Virus record (IMG/VR): IMGVR_UViG_3300035698_028866
Span: 1 to 64,000 of that record
Origin: a virus
Length of the DNA: 64,000 nt
Reading direction: 5' to 3' (one strand)
The position numbers and the translations under genes are program-made. Shown in pieces: positions 1 to 11,759 of this stretch. The notes beneath the pieces were generated by a model, which was not told the DNA's origin, did no database searches, and saw only the letters and a list, made by a program, of their open reading frames with translations. Position 1 is the stretch's first letter, and every line of letters begins with the position of its first letter.

Positions 1-827
1 TTGTTGTCGCTCCAGTATTGCCGATCATTGACGACATTCGAGACAGCCCACAACAGAAGCGAGCCACCAGTTTCCGCAACCAGCGTAACTTCAAATGTAT
101 GTATAAACGTCGGCCCAAAATGATCTAGCCCTCCGTCATCATAAACATAAGCATCCTCATCCATACCCTGCTCATTGACGTCGATTTTGTATGGCACAAC
201 AGTAGTATGGCTCGACGGGTCGGACTTCGTATAATCCGTGAAATCTTGCAGCGTCGCGCCTGTTCCATCGCATGTAGCTGTTAACCATAAATCCCAACCC
301 CCCACTTCCGTTACAGCTACTGCATCCAAGTGACTTGCAGCTGTCGTCTCATTATACCCTCGTGTCATACCCGTCAAGGTATTGTTTGTCTTTCCCGTAT
401 ACTTTAGCAACTCGCTGCCAATCAACACAAAACAGGGCCGAGCAGTTGTGGGCATACGAAACCTCGAAGTCGAAAGTAACGTCAACGTTGTTACAGCAGC
501 ATTGATTCCACCACTCAACTCTGAAGATCCAATAGGTTCATCCTTTGAATCGGCCCATCCATTCTTGTTTACGTCCCACCAACGGTAGATCTTAAAGTTA
601 TCGATTCTGGCATTTGCAGCAGCTTGGTCCACCCCTCCTTTTTGTGCAGTTCCGTAAATAGCAGTAATGAGTTCCGTAGTGGATCTAAAGACATACCCGT
701 CTATGTTGTAGTTCGTGCCATCAGACTCAATGTGGCCTACGGGACAATCCGTAGGCTCCCACGCAAAGCACACGCTCGACAACAAAACAACGCTAGCAAG
801 AATTAGTATGATAGACTTTAGACGCAT
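1..827 (-). CDS. Partial (3' end outside window) secreted or virion-associated protein with signal-peptide-like N-terminus and a phage structural beta-domain
   Basis: Not in the ORF track. ATG at 827 overlaps the upstream TAA (TAATG). Translates MRLKSIILILASVVLLSSVCFAWEP... and later ELSGGINAAVTTLTLLST...LIGSELLKYTGKTNNTLTGMTRGYNETTAASH, a motif typical of phage tail/virion proteins; frame appears open to the window edge. Confidence 0.7.
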   Translation of the reverse strand, partial: MRLKSIILILASVVLLSSVCFAWEPTDCPVGHIESDGTNYNIDGYVFRSTTELITAIYGTAQKGGVDQAAANARIDNFKIYRWWDVNKNGWADSKDEPIGSSELSGGINAAVTTLTLLSTSRFRMPTTARPCFVLIGSELLKYTGKTNNTLTGMTRGYNETTAASHLDAVAVTEVGGWDLWLTATCDGTGATLQDFTDYTKSDPSSHTTVVPYKIDVNEQGMDEDAYVYDDGGLDHFGPTFIHTFEVTLVAETGGSLLLWAVSNVVNDRQYWSDN

Positions 828-1834
828 TACTCGCTCCACAGTAAACTTCCGGGGTAAACTTTATCAGGCATAAGCCCACTTGCCTGCCAAACCGCAGCAT
901 AACCTTGTTTTCTCGCTACTTCTGTCGCCTTAGGGACTGCTACCGAAACAAAGGCCTTTACCTCACGAGCAAGATCTTCGTCAGTTATCTTCCACACCTT
1001 TGCTCCATATAGACCTACCCAAGCCACAGGTCGTCCATCAAAACTACTGTCCGCCCACTGGAAGGCGCGTTTTATGATACCTTCGTCCCAGTCGCGTGGA
1101 AGAACAGGCAACTGCCAAAGAGCCACACCATCAAAAGGGATGTCCTTGATCTTAGCTGCCCACAAGTCACTAACAGGTCTCCCACCCACAGCGCATACCC
1201 ACACAAAGACGGAAGGATTCCCCTCTTTGGCAGACGCAACAGCTCCCTCTACGTCCTGTGCCATACCCACTAAGGTAGCATCAGCGGTATACATCGTAGG
1301 ATTTGCTCTGTGCCACGCAAAAACTAGCTCCGTCGCCCCACTTTTCTCTGCAAAGTCCTTGATAGCAGGAGCATTGAACTCCGTAGGCTCATAGTCAAGA
1401 ACACACACAGACTGAGGAATCAAATCCAACACACCTGCGAACTCCGCCTCCCAATCCATACCAAGTCTACGAAAGAGAAGAACAGGACGCTTACCAGCCA
1501 CCAGATACGGCGTTATCTGTTCTATGGGGGAACTTGCTAAGTATTCTCCCATCCCTACATACCATTCAGGAGCAGGAAGTTCCGGATAGGTAGTTGCCTT
1601 GATATCTCTGGTTCCTAAAGACTCAATGGCAGAAGCCCAAAGGTTAGTTTCCTTAGGAGAGATCGTTAACTTTTCAATATCAACTATAGGCCGTATCTCC
1701 AACTTACGATGTGGAGTCCCTGTGCCCGGTGGGACAGGTATGACAGGAATCTCTGGCCCGCCAGAAGAGAACCAAGCTATAAGCGCAGCAAGAATAGCTG
1801 CAACAGCAACACCAGTTGTTTTTTTCGTTGTCAT
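827..1834 (-). CDS. Hypothetical membrane-anchored protein (N-terminal TM, Pro-rich linker, alpha/beta domain)
   Basis: 335 aa; hydrophobic GVAVAAILAALIAWF; abuts both neighbours. Confidence 0.7.
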   Translation of the reverse strand: MTTKKTTGVAVAAILAALIAWFSSGGPEIPVIPVPPGTGTPHRKLEIRPIVDIEKLTISPKETNLWASAIESLGTRDIKATTYPELPAPEWYVGMGEYLASSPIEQITPYLVAGKRPVLLFRRLGMDWEAEFAGVLDLIPQSVCVLDYEPTEFNAPAIKDFAEKSGATELVFAWHRANPTMYTADATLVGMAQDVEGAVASAKEGNPSVFVWVCAVGGRPVSDLWAAKIKDIPFDGVALWQLPVLPRDWDEGIIKRAFQWADSSFDGRPVAWVGLYGAKVWKITDEDLAREVKAFVSVAVPKATEVARKQGYAAVWQASGLMPDKVYPGSLLWSE

Positions 1835-2707
1835 TTACTCAGTCCAAGAAGCAGCTGCCGCAACCTCATTTCCCAAAAATTTAATATGCTCCATAGCAGT
1901 TTGAAGCTTGTCCATCCTGGCTAACTGAGCTGGCGTTGGTTCCTCTATTGCTACGAGCTCATCAAGAACTACAACGCTTGCCTGATAAATATCCTTTAGA
2001 CCAGTAAGGTACTCTATATCACTCAGAACCTTTTTTGCGTGACCTTCAGACATAACCTTTACAGTAAGAGGGTAAAGGATCTCAGCCCTAGATGGAATTG
2101 CTTGTGCTATACTTACTGCTGCATGATACCTTACATTTTTGTCTGTGAGATGCTTTGGCATAAGCTGAGGTTCAAGCATCACACGTATCTGATCAGAACT
2201 GAGGGATAATACTCTCTGTTCTTCGTATTGTGCAAGCCGTTCTTCCTGTGTGTAGAGACCGGCCTTCCAAGAATTAAAGTAGAAGTAAGTCCTATATCGA
2301 TTAAGCGTATCCGTTTGTTTATATTCTTCTGCCACCAAAACCGCCTTGGCCCATTCCTCCTCTGCAGCTTCTCTATTCTTATTTTTCGCCTTGAGAATAG
2401 CACGGAAGCCTTTTAATCGTATCAGCTTGCTCGTAGCAGCACGAACATAAGGGCTCTCCTCTGCCTGAAGCACCACGATATCCGCAATGAACTCGGCTTC
2501 TAGAGCAATACGCTCATCTACATCCGCAGATCCAAACAGGCTGTTAATATTCTTTGCGTTTTCATTCCCCTTGTATCTGTCAGCTTTCGGAGGACCTTGG
2601 GACTTCCACGACGCAAAGTCACTTTTCCACTTTGGAGTCGCACAGATAGGCAGTGCCAAAAATGAAAGCAGTAAAAATATGGACAAAACTTTAGTCTTCA
2701 TAATCAT
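1835..2707 (-). CDS. Hypothetical secreted helical protein
   Basis: Signal peptide MKTKVLSIFLLLSFLALPICA; AAGGAG RBS supports a start at 2707 or 2701 rather than 2749. Confidence 0.7.
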   Translation of the reverse strand: MIMKTKVLSIFLLLSFLALPICATPKWKSDFASWKSQGPPKADRYKGNENAKNINSLFGSADVDERIALEAEFIADIVVLQAEESPYVRAATSKLIRLKGFRAILKAKNKNREAAEEEWAKAVLVAEEYKQTDTLNRYRTYFYFNSWKAGLYTQEERLAQYEEQRVLSLSSDQIRVMLEPQLMPKHLTDKNVRYHAAVSIAQAIPSRAEILYPLTVKVMSEGHAKKVLSDIEYLTGLKDIYQASVVVLDELVAIEEPTPAQLARMDKLQTAMEHIKFLGNEVAAAASWTE

Positions 2708-2729
2708 TCTCCTTGTAAATATCTTCGCC

Positions 2730-3053
2730 TCAGTTAGTAGACTTCTCAAAAGTAGAAATTTTCTCTTTAAGTCGATTTATCTCGTCGATATACGTAGAGG
2801 AATCCTGCTTCGCCTTTTCTTTTCCAAGATCGGCAAGACCCTGGAAACCTACGTAGGCAAGAACAAGACCCAAAGTCTCCTGAATAACCAAACCCCATTC
2901 CTGCGTTCCTGTAAGTCCTGCAGAAACAGCTGCTAAAATACCTCCCGCAGTAGTAATGAACTTTTTGCTCCGAAGAAGTTGACGCAGCGTGCCTCCAACG
3001 TCTACAGCGGAGCCCGTAACAATCTGTCCTGTTTTTCTTGCTATACCTGGCAT
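2730..3053 (-). CDS. Putative holin (two TM segments)
   Basis: LRSKKF followed by two hydrophobic helices, YVGFQGLAD and a charged C-terminus; RBS AGGAG before ATG 3053. Confidence 0.55.
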   Translation of the reverse strand: MPGIARKTGQIVTGSAVDVGGTLRQLLRSKKFITTAGGILAAVSAGLTGTQEWGLVIQETLGLVLAYVGFQGLADLGKEKAKQDSSTYIDEINRLKEKISTFEKSTN

Positions 3054-3064
3054 ATTTTCTCCTA

Positions 3065-5596
<2,532 letters not shown>

Positions 5597-5597
5597 A

Positions 5598-6353
5598 TTA
5601 GATTGTCAGCTTTTTAAAACCTTGCCATAGAACATTAGACATATTCTCTTTGTGCATCCAAGCAATCCATTCCTGTCTCGCCTGAAGGCCCATTTGGAGA
5701 TATGCCTCTGCTTTCGCTTTGTCATTCACGGAAATGCCACCAGCGTTGTATGGAAGATCGTTTCTCTTGTAATTGTATGCCTTAGATACCAACGCCTCGG
5801 CTACAGCACCCTTTCGCCAGTAAAACACGTTGTCCACAGGGAAACTCGCCTCTGTGAAACGCATATGCCTTCCTGGCTGTGCATTCCACTCTTCAATAAC
5901 CTTTCTTCGTGCATGATAGAGGTCAGAGTCCGTAAACTCCTCATCGTTGAGAAGCTCATTGCTCGCAGTGTAGTCCATAAGCTCCTGCCGCAAGTCTGCC
6001 AACGAGAGAGAAATATCTTCTCCGTCCAGGATAAGAACTACCTGCTCCGTCTTGAATGTCTCGTTTGCATTCAAAACAACCGTGGCTCTCCCCGTAAACG
6101 TTCCTGAGGAAGCTGTGTCGGTAGTACTGAAGTTCACCCTTACCTTGTGAGACTCGCTGCCGTAGTCCTTGGAAAAATCAGCATCAACCTTGGCAATAGA
6201 ACCTAGGGACATAGAAATAGTAGCAGAAGTAACGTCGATAGCCGTGCCATCATCATCATAGAAAGCCATGATCATGTAAAAGGCCTCCCCTGATACCTTG
6301 GTGACCTCTTTCTGCCCACCTTCGCCCAATGTTAGAGAGACATCTCTGCTCAT
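5598..6353 (-). CDS. Putative neck / head-tail adaptor with N-terminal BppU-like Ig domain
   Basis: N-terminal [16 protein letters not shown] beta domain; helical C-terminal domain LRQELMD...NELL...[15 protein letters not shown]; located downstream of the capsid module. Confidence 0.55.
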   Translation of the reverse strand: MSRDVSLTLGEGGQKEVTKVSGEAFYMIMAFYDDDGTAIDVTSATISMSLGSIAKVDADFSKDYGSESHKVRVNFSTTDTASSGTFTGRATVVLNANETFKTEQVVLILDGEDISLSLADLRQELMDYTASNELLNDEEFTDSDLYHARRKVIEEWNAQPGRHMRFTEASFPVDNVFYWRKGAVAEALVSKAYNYKRNDLPYNAGGISVNDKAKAEAYLQMGLQARQEWIAWMHKENMSNVLWQGFKKLTI

Positions 6354-6354
6354 A

Positions 6355-7200
6355 TCAAGCTATCCTTTCTTCTTCCTTGTGCATACTCTTCATGAACCCC
6401 GAAGAAACCGCTGCTGAAAGCTCTGTATCGATCTCCTCACCCATCCTAGTTGGGAGCTTTTTCTTTACCTTAGCCAAACTCTGTTGAACCTGCTTCTGCT
6501 CGGAGGCATAACGCAAGAACCAGAAAATTCCGCCCAAAAGAGCAATACCCACGATAAAGCTACCCGCGAGCATCATGTAGTATGAATACATGTAGATTGC
6601 ATAAGAGGCAACAAGAATGGCTACAAAGACACCACCCACGAGAGCTCCTGCCTTTCCAAAGTTCATACGCAGCCAGACAACTCCAGCAAGACCTATCACC
6701 AGCATAAGCACGAGCGGTATAAGCTTTAACACATTCATGAACGCTGATGCAGGCTTAGGCTGATTGGTATGTATTTCCAAATTGGACAAGAACGCCGCCA
6801 TTGAACTATCATATTCTTCCTGATATGCCCTATAAAGCTGTGCATGACTTTTCAACTCGCACAACATAACCTTCAGGTTCTCGTCTTCGACTGAAACGCT
6901 ATACCCAGGAGATCCCACAACAGCGTCATCTTCAAGAGCACTCAAGATACTGGCGATAGTGTCAAGCCTCTCCTTAGCTGCATCAATATCCGGAGGCTCC
7001 TTAGTCAACTGCATAACTACAGAAGAGGACACGAGAGCCAAAGCGTTTACTGACTGCTGAAGGTCTTTCGTGTAGATCTCCTGAGCAGCACGAAGCGGAG
7101 CAGCATCCGGAGGTAGACTGCTGGACTTCACGCTATTCCGCGTCCCTGCACATCCAGAGACTACCAGCAGCATGACTATGGCAAGAGAGGCGTATTTCAT
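6355..7200 (-). CDS. Lipoprotein with three C-terminal TM helices (spanin-like topology)
   Basis: Start 7200 (ATGA overlap); lipobox MKYASLAIVMLLVVSG-C; helical middle; three hydrophobic segments near the C-terminus. Confidence 0.65.
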   Translation of the reverse strand: MKYASLAIVMLLVVSGCAGTRNSVKSSSLPPDAAPLRAAQEIYTKDLQQSVNALALVSSSVVMQLTKEPPDIDAAKERLDTIASILSALEDDAVVGSPGYSVSVEDENLKVMLCELKSHAQLYRAYQEEYDSSMAAFLSNLEIHTNQPKPASAFMNVLKLIPLVLMLVIGLAGVVWLRMNFGKAGALVGGVFVAILVASYAIYMYSYYMMLAGSFIVGIALLGGIFWFLRYASEQKQVQQSLAKVKKKLPTRMGEEIDTELSAAVSSGFMKSMHKEEERIA

Positions 7201-7628
7201 GCTGCACCTTTTGAAAGCTTGGAAAGGAACGGCCATGCCAATGAAACTCCCTTTATGAGAAAGTAGATAATACCAAGGACATAGGCAGCACCCTTGAGAT
7301 AACTGTGAGCTCTAAGCTGGGCTATATCCAGAGTCCGTAAACTCTTAGCATTCTCATTCATAGTTTTAACAACGTCTGCAAGTTGATCCTTCAAGAGAGA
7401 GCTTCGCTCCTGCACTTCAATAAGCTGCCCCCTAAACTCCCCTCGTGATGCTGAAATTTCGTCCTTTATAGTGATATCAGCCTCTCGGAGCTGTTCCACG
7501 TAGTTCTCCAGCCTTACCACGGTACATTTACAGTGGTCAGACATACCACGAGTGAGACGATCTACGAGAGCTATAATCGCCGTAAGATCATATTTGGGAG
7601 ATTCCATACTAATTTTATCCTCTGTCAT
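7197..7628 (-). CDS. Coiled-coil protein with C-terminal TM (lysis-accessory-like)
   Basis: Heptad-rich region followed by GAAYVLGIIYFLIKGVSLAWPF. Confidence 0.6.
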   Translation of the reverse strand: MTEDKISMESPKYDLTAIIALVDRLTRGMSDHCKCTVVRLENYVEQLREADITIKDEISASRGEFRGQLIEVQERSSLLKDQLADVVKTMNENAKSLRTLDIAQLRAHSYLKGAAYVLGIIYFLIKGVSLAWPFLSKLSKGAA

Positions 7629-8185
7629 GTGGGTTCTGAATCCAAAAAGGAAGGGTCTAATGGCACACCACGAACAGGGCGAACTTCCAAAGGGACAAGC
7701 TGAGGCTTCCCATTCTCATCACGACGCAAACAGCCCTGGAGAGCGTTTAGCATTTCCTTTCTTTCCACTGCCCAGCAAAGACTATCAGCTAACCAATCTT
7801 CATCTGTGTAATGCTTGATGATAACATCGTCAGCCCCCGCATGAATATACTCTATGGCTTTTTTGGTAGAAACCGACGTGGCAAGAACAACAATAGGATT
7901 AGAGACCATATTACGAAGAAAGACAATCTCATCCTCGTGGAGTGGGTTCTCTATGTTAGTGTCAAAGACAATAAGGTCATAAGTCTTGTCTTTGAGTTCC
8001 TCTTTAGCCGCTTCTGTTGAAGGAACAGACGTAACGATAAAGGTCATGTATTGATAGTAAAACGAGCGCTCTAAAGCAGCCTGAAATTCAGGAACTTCTG
8101 GTAGACTTTGTCCCACAAGCAACAAAGTCATAGTGCTGTGAGCCCCACGTGAGCTTTCTGTTTTGAATGTATCCGGTGTTCCCAT
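7625..8185 (-). CDS. Stand-alone response-regulator receiver (REC/CheY-like) domain protein
   Basis: YDLIVFD (phosphoacceptor Asp), PIVVLAT, AGADDVIIK (conserved Lys). Confidence 0.85.
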   Translation of the reverse strand: MGTPDTFKTESSRGAHSTMTLLLVGQSLPEVPEFQAALERSFYYQYMTFIVTSVPSTEAAKEELKDKTYDLIVFDTNIENPLHEDEIVFLRNMVSNPIVVLATSVSTKKAIEYIHAGADDVIIKHYTDEDWLADSLCWAVERKEMLNALQGCLRRDENGKPQLVPLEVRPVRGVPLDPSFLDSEPT

Positions 8186-8212
8186 GTAGACAACTCTCCT
8201 CTAGTCTGTTCC

Positions 8213-8241
8213 ATTATAGCCGGGAGCGTTAAAGGTATCAA
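8213..8241 (-). promoter_or_regulatory. Sigma70-type promoter
   Basis: TTGATA-17 nt-TATAAT upstream of the REC gene. Confidence 0.75.
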
Positions 8242-8262
8242 GCGTGTCTTTGCCTCTTCCTT

Positions 8263-8301
8263 AAAAAGAAGGCCCCGCTGGGAGGAAGCAGCAGGGCCTT
8301 C
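8263..8301 (-). terminator. Intrinsic terminator
   Basis: GAAGGCCCUGCUG-CUUCCUCC-CAGCGGGGCCUUC followed by a U run. Confidence 0.8.
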
Positions 8302-8380
8302 GCGCCGCTCTTTAGCCGGTGGGAGGGACACCGACCGAGGGAGGAGCGGCTTCTTTTGGTGATAAAGTATCTCTACATTA

Positions 8381-9799
8381 TCACCACTCAAACGGCTTTT
8401 CCGTCTGAGACACAGGGCTCTCAGAAGACGCTGGAGTAAATACGCCATTCTCATCAGGAACTCTAGGTTCAGGATGCTCCAACCTAATCTTACATCTCCA
8501 GTTTGGCCCGTGTTCAGGATGGACCAAGTATACAAGCTGCGAAGCTCCGTTTGTAGATGGGATTCCTCCGTCCAGTCCATAAGGAGTTACACCGCAGAAA
8601 GATCCATTACAAGCTATCTCCAAGACACTCTCTTCCCACTCTGCAGGTTTATGAAAGTGTCCTGAAAAAGCCATTGTGATAGGAGTCTGCAGGATATTTA
8701 CGTAGCTCTTGACATTCCTCGTAAGGCTATACCACGGATGCGACATGTAAGACTTTGCTGCAAACGAGTGGCTGATAAGATAATTCAACCCATTTATCTC
8801 ATAACCAAGAATAGGCGCATCAGCAACGATCATCTTTACGCCTTCCAGATCTCTGATGTCATTCTGCAGACAGCGCAACATCATATACTCTGCGTTAGCA
8901 AGTCTTGACCCATCACGTATCCTTCCATGATTTCCAGAAACGGCAAATACAACTACCTCGGGAACACGCAAAGCCAGATCGCGCAAGAAATACCCGAAGT
9001 ATCTGAGAGTTACAAAGAATTGCTCCTGAAGTTGAAGATCCTGTTCCCACGCCTGACCTCTATAGATATCATGCCCATCTAAAAGATCTCCTAGGAAATT
9101 TATAACAAGGCGAGAGATAGGACGTACTTCCTGCCACTGGTGAATAACCGCAAGGATACTGTCTCGATACGTTCGCAGTCTCTCTACAAAAATATCAAAA
9201 TTGTATCCTCCTAGATTAAGAACACTGGACGGGTCAACTTCAAGACCTACATGAGAATCCCCTAAATTTGCCGTTACGTAGGCTGGTTCTTTTTGCTCTT
9301 CTGGATCGAACTGGGGAAGCTCTCTCTCACCCGGCAAGAATGCGGGGATGGCGTCTTTTACTTCATCGTAAAGAGAGAGAAAAATATTTGTTCGCTCCTT
9401 CTGAGTCTTGATCTGCCTCTTCAAAGAACGAATATCCCGCAGAGCCTGAACATAGGAATCCGGGGAGTACATGTCTGCGTCATTGACCTCAGCCTCCATT
9501 TCATAATATCGAACAGCTGCAGCAGCCAATTCAGCACGAGCGGTATTCAGCTCGTATTCCTCCGCAATATCCTTTTTATTGGAAACTCCATTCATCTTGC
9601 AGTTATCCAAGATCTCCTGCCAACGCTCTAAAGAAAGATCTTCATACGGGGCTATCCCACGCTCCGCACGACCAATCTTAAGCGCTACATCTGCTTCGTA
9701 GCGTGAGCACTCGAACTTAGTCTGCAAGTCTGAACGACTTACACTTCCATCCCGCGACCTAACAAAATCTACAAAGCCTCGTAGGCGCTCGTGATTCAC
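8381..9799 (-). CDS. Calcineurin-like metallophosphoesterase with N-terminal helical/HTH-like region
   Basis: GDSH, GDLLDG, GNHGR, SH, GHFH motifs; GTG at 9799 preceded by AGGAGG. Confidence 0.85.
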   Translation of the reverse strand: MNHERLRGFVDFVRSRDGSVSRSDLQTKFECSRYEADVALKIGRAERGIAPYEDLSLERWQEILDNCKMNGVSNKKDIAEEYELNTARAELAAAAVRYYEMEAEVNDADMYSPDSYVQALRDIRSLKRQIKTQKERTNIFLSLYDEVKDAIPAFLPGERELPQFDPEEQKEPAYVTANLGDSHVGLEVDPSSVLNLGGYNFDIFVERLRTYRDSILAVIHQWQEVRPISRLVINFLGDLLDGHDIYRGQAWEQDLQLQEQFFVTLRYFGYFLRDLALRVPEVVVFAVSGNHGRIRDGSRLANAEYMMLRCLQNDIRDLEGVKMIVADAPILGYEINGLNYLISHSFAAKSYMSHPWYSLTRNVKSYVNILQTPITMAFSGHFHKPAEWEESVLEIACNGSFCGVTPYGLDGGIPSTNGASQLVYLVHPEHGPNWRCKIRLEHPEPRVPDENGVFTPASSESPVSQTEKPFEW

Positions 9800-9843
9800 A
9801 GCGGCCTCCTTAAAAAGATATACGTAACCCTCCAACAACATCT

Positions 9844-9872
9844 ATGATACTAGTTGTAGAGGGACATATCAA
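9844..9872 (-). promoter_or_regulatory. Sigma70-type promoter
   Basis: TTGATA-17 nt-TATCAT. Confidence 0.65.
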
Positions 9873-9880
9873 GTGCAAAC

Positions 9881-9919
9881 GAAAAGACAGGGAACCCCAT
9901 AGAGTCGAGGTTCCCTGTC
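9881..9919 (-). terminator. Intrinsic terminator of the capsid operon
   Basis: 11-bp stem GACAGGGAACC/GGTTCCCTGTC followed by UUUUCGUUU. Confidence 0.75.
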
Positions 9920-9947
9920 GTTCTTAACCAGTTGATCATATAGTACT

Positions 9948-10472
9948 TTACGGGCCAGTTGCACCGGTTGCACCAGTAGGACCAATTGAACCAGTAGGAC
10001 CAATAGGACCAGTAACACCGTCCGCACCAGTAGGACCTTGGATACCTGTGTTACCTTGACTACCAGTAACACCCTGAGAGCCAGTAACGCCCTGAGAACC
10101 AGTAACACCCTGAATTCCTGTGTTACCCTGAGAACCAGTATCACCCTGAGCGCCAGTAACGCCCTGAATGCCTGTGTTACCTTGATCACCAGTATCACCC
10201 TGAGCTCCGGTGTCTCCTACTCCGCCAGTCGGACCTGCACAAGCGGTCGACCACGTAACAGATCCAATACGTACCTGAACAGTTATGACACTGTTGGCAA
10301 GCGCAGTGTTGAATGCATCACGATCGACGGCGCTCAAACCAGTCGGAAGGATTCCCGGTTGTTCGTAGGTTCCACTGCTAGCCAGTGTAACCCCATAGTC
10401 ACCCAGCCAGCCGAAGAAACGAGAATACCCGGAAGTGTTGGTGACAAGAGAAACAACGTAATTTTTAGCCAC
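9948..10472 (-). CDS. Short collagen-like (head) fibre protein, paralog of 10500..11024
   Basis: N-terminal domain VTNTSG..FGWL..YGVTLA..GTY shared with neighbour; G-X-T C-terminal tract. Confidence 0.8.
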   Translation of the reverse strand: MAKNYVVSLVTNTSGYSRFFGWLGDYGVTLASSGTYEQPGILPTGLSAVDRDAFNTALANSVITVQVRIGSVTWSTACAGPTGGVGDTGAQGDTGDQGNTGIQGVTGAQGDTGSQGNTGIQGVTGSQGVTGSQGVTGSQGNTGIQGPTGADGVTGPIGPTGSIGPTGATGATGP

Positions 10473-10499
10473 GATTAGTCTCCTTACTCTAAAACATCA

Positions 10500-11024
10500 T
10501 TAGCCTTTAGCGCCAGTCGGTCCAGTTGCACCAATAGGACCGGTTGCTCCAATGGGACCAGTTACACCTATAGGACCAGTAATACCCAGACCACCAGTTG
10601 CACCAGTTGGTCCGATTAGACCAACACCACCGGTAATACCAAGATCACCGGTAATCCCTTGACCACCAGTAATACCAAGATCACCGGTAATACCAAGATC
10701 ACCAGTAATGCCCAGACCACCAGTATCACCCGTAGTGCCAGTAATACCACCAGCACCAGCAGCACCAGTGGGACCAGTTATCCAAACCTCGCCACCGGAC
10801 GTCCCAGGTGATGCAGGACGGAGCTGAACAGTGACCCATCCATTATCCAAAGCCGTGTTCAACGCATCGCGGTCTGTAATCCCAAGGGCGTCAACGAGAA
10901 TGCCGGGAAAATCATAAGTTCCACCGTTAGCCAGTGTTATCCCGTATTTCGTCAGCCAACCAAAGCTCATACTGTGACCGGAAGCGTTCGTGACTCTGGT
11001 AACCAAATATCGTCTAGTTGCCAT
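10500..11024 (-). CDS. Short collagen-like (head) fibre protein
   Basis: VTNASG..FGWL..YGITLA..GTY domain plus GIT/GDL/GPT repeats. Confidence 0.8.
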   Translation of the reverse strand: MATRRYLVTRVTNASGHSMSFGWLTKYGITLANGGTYDFPGILVDALGITDRDALNTALDNGWVTVQLRPASPGTSGGEVWITGPTGAAGAGGITGTTGDTGGLGITGDLGITGDLGITGGQGITGDLGITGGVGLIGPTGATGGLGITGPIGVTGPIGATGPIGATGPTGAKG

Positions 11025-11044
11025 ATATGTCTCCGATTACTAAG

Positions 11045-11416
11045 TTAATCCCTATACTGTGTATAAATCTTCACTGTGGTAGCCGTCATTGCCGTAACAA
11101 CTATCTTGTGCTTCGCGGGAGACGTAAAACGCCTTTGGAACTGCTGACCGCTATGCGAAACGGTGAACTCCTCTACGAAACACCACTCGTCTGTGCCAAA
11201 AATCTCAGACCAGAGCTGGAGCGTAGCAGAAGCCGTACCCGTAGTTACGACATAGATGTTCAGGAGGATTTCCGCAGCATAAGAGTTTTCTTCCAGATCA
11301 ATGTAGTCGGTCACCGTACCTGCAGAAGCATCCGCGGCGGTGATCCCAGAACGATGCAGAGTGGGATAGTCTAACCAGGATGTGTTATAATTCTGTTTTT
11401 TTCCGGTTCCGGCCAT
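11045..11416 (-). CDS. Small beta-rich putative virion protein
   Basis: 123 aa, in capsid operon, RBS AGGAG. Confidence 0.65.
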   Translation of the reverse strand: MAGTGKKQNYNTSWLDYPTLHRSGITAADASAGTVTDYIDLEENSYAAEILLNIYVVTTGTASATLQLWSEIFGTDEWCFVEEFTVSHSGQQFQRRFTSPAKHKIVVTAMTATTVKIYTQYRD

Positions 11417-11441
11417 AATTCACTCCTATCGTATACTACTC

Positions 11442-11684
11442 TTAGGTCTTGGTCTGGTCCAAGAGATCCTGAGTTATCAGGGTGGCAACTTTGTTAACCT
11501 GTTCTTGGGTTTCATCCACAGAGCTCTTAAGTTGTTTTACAACGTCAAGAGCATCAGCCAACTTCTCCTGGCTGGTAATGTGTGTATACCCGCGCTCTTC
11601 ACAACGCTTCAGAAAAGCCGGGATATAAACAGTCTGGACAGCTTCAACAAGTTCCTGAGGAACAGCCTCGTTATCCTTAGGCAT
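11442..11684 (-). CDS. Small putative head-associated protein
   Basis: 80 aa directly after the capsid gene; KLA and KVA motifs. Confidence 0.65.
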   Translation of the reverse strand: MPKDNEAVPQELVEAVQTVYIPAFLKRCEERGYTHITSQEKLADALDVVKQLKSSVDETQEQVNKVATLITQDLLDQTKT

Positions 11685-11759
11685 GACTTTCCTCTCCTAG
11701 AATCGATCTTTATGAAGGCCCGGGCGAGAGCACGAGCTCCCGCCCCAGACCTTCAGAGT

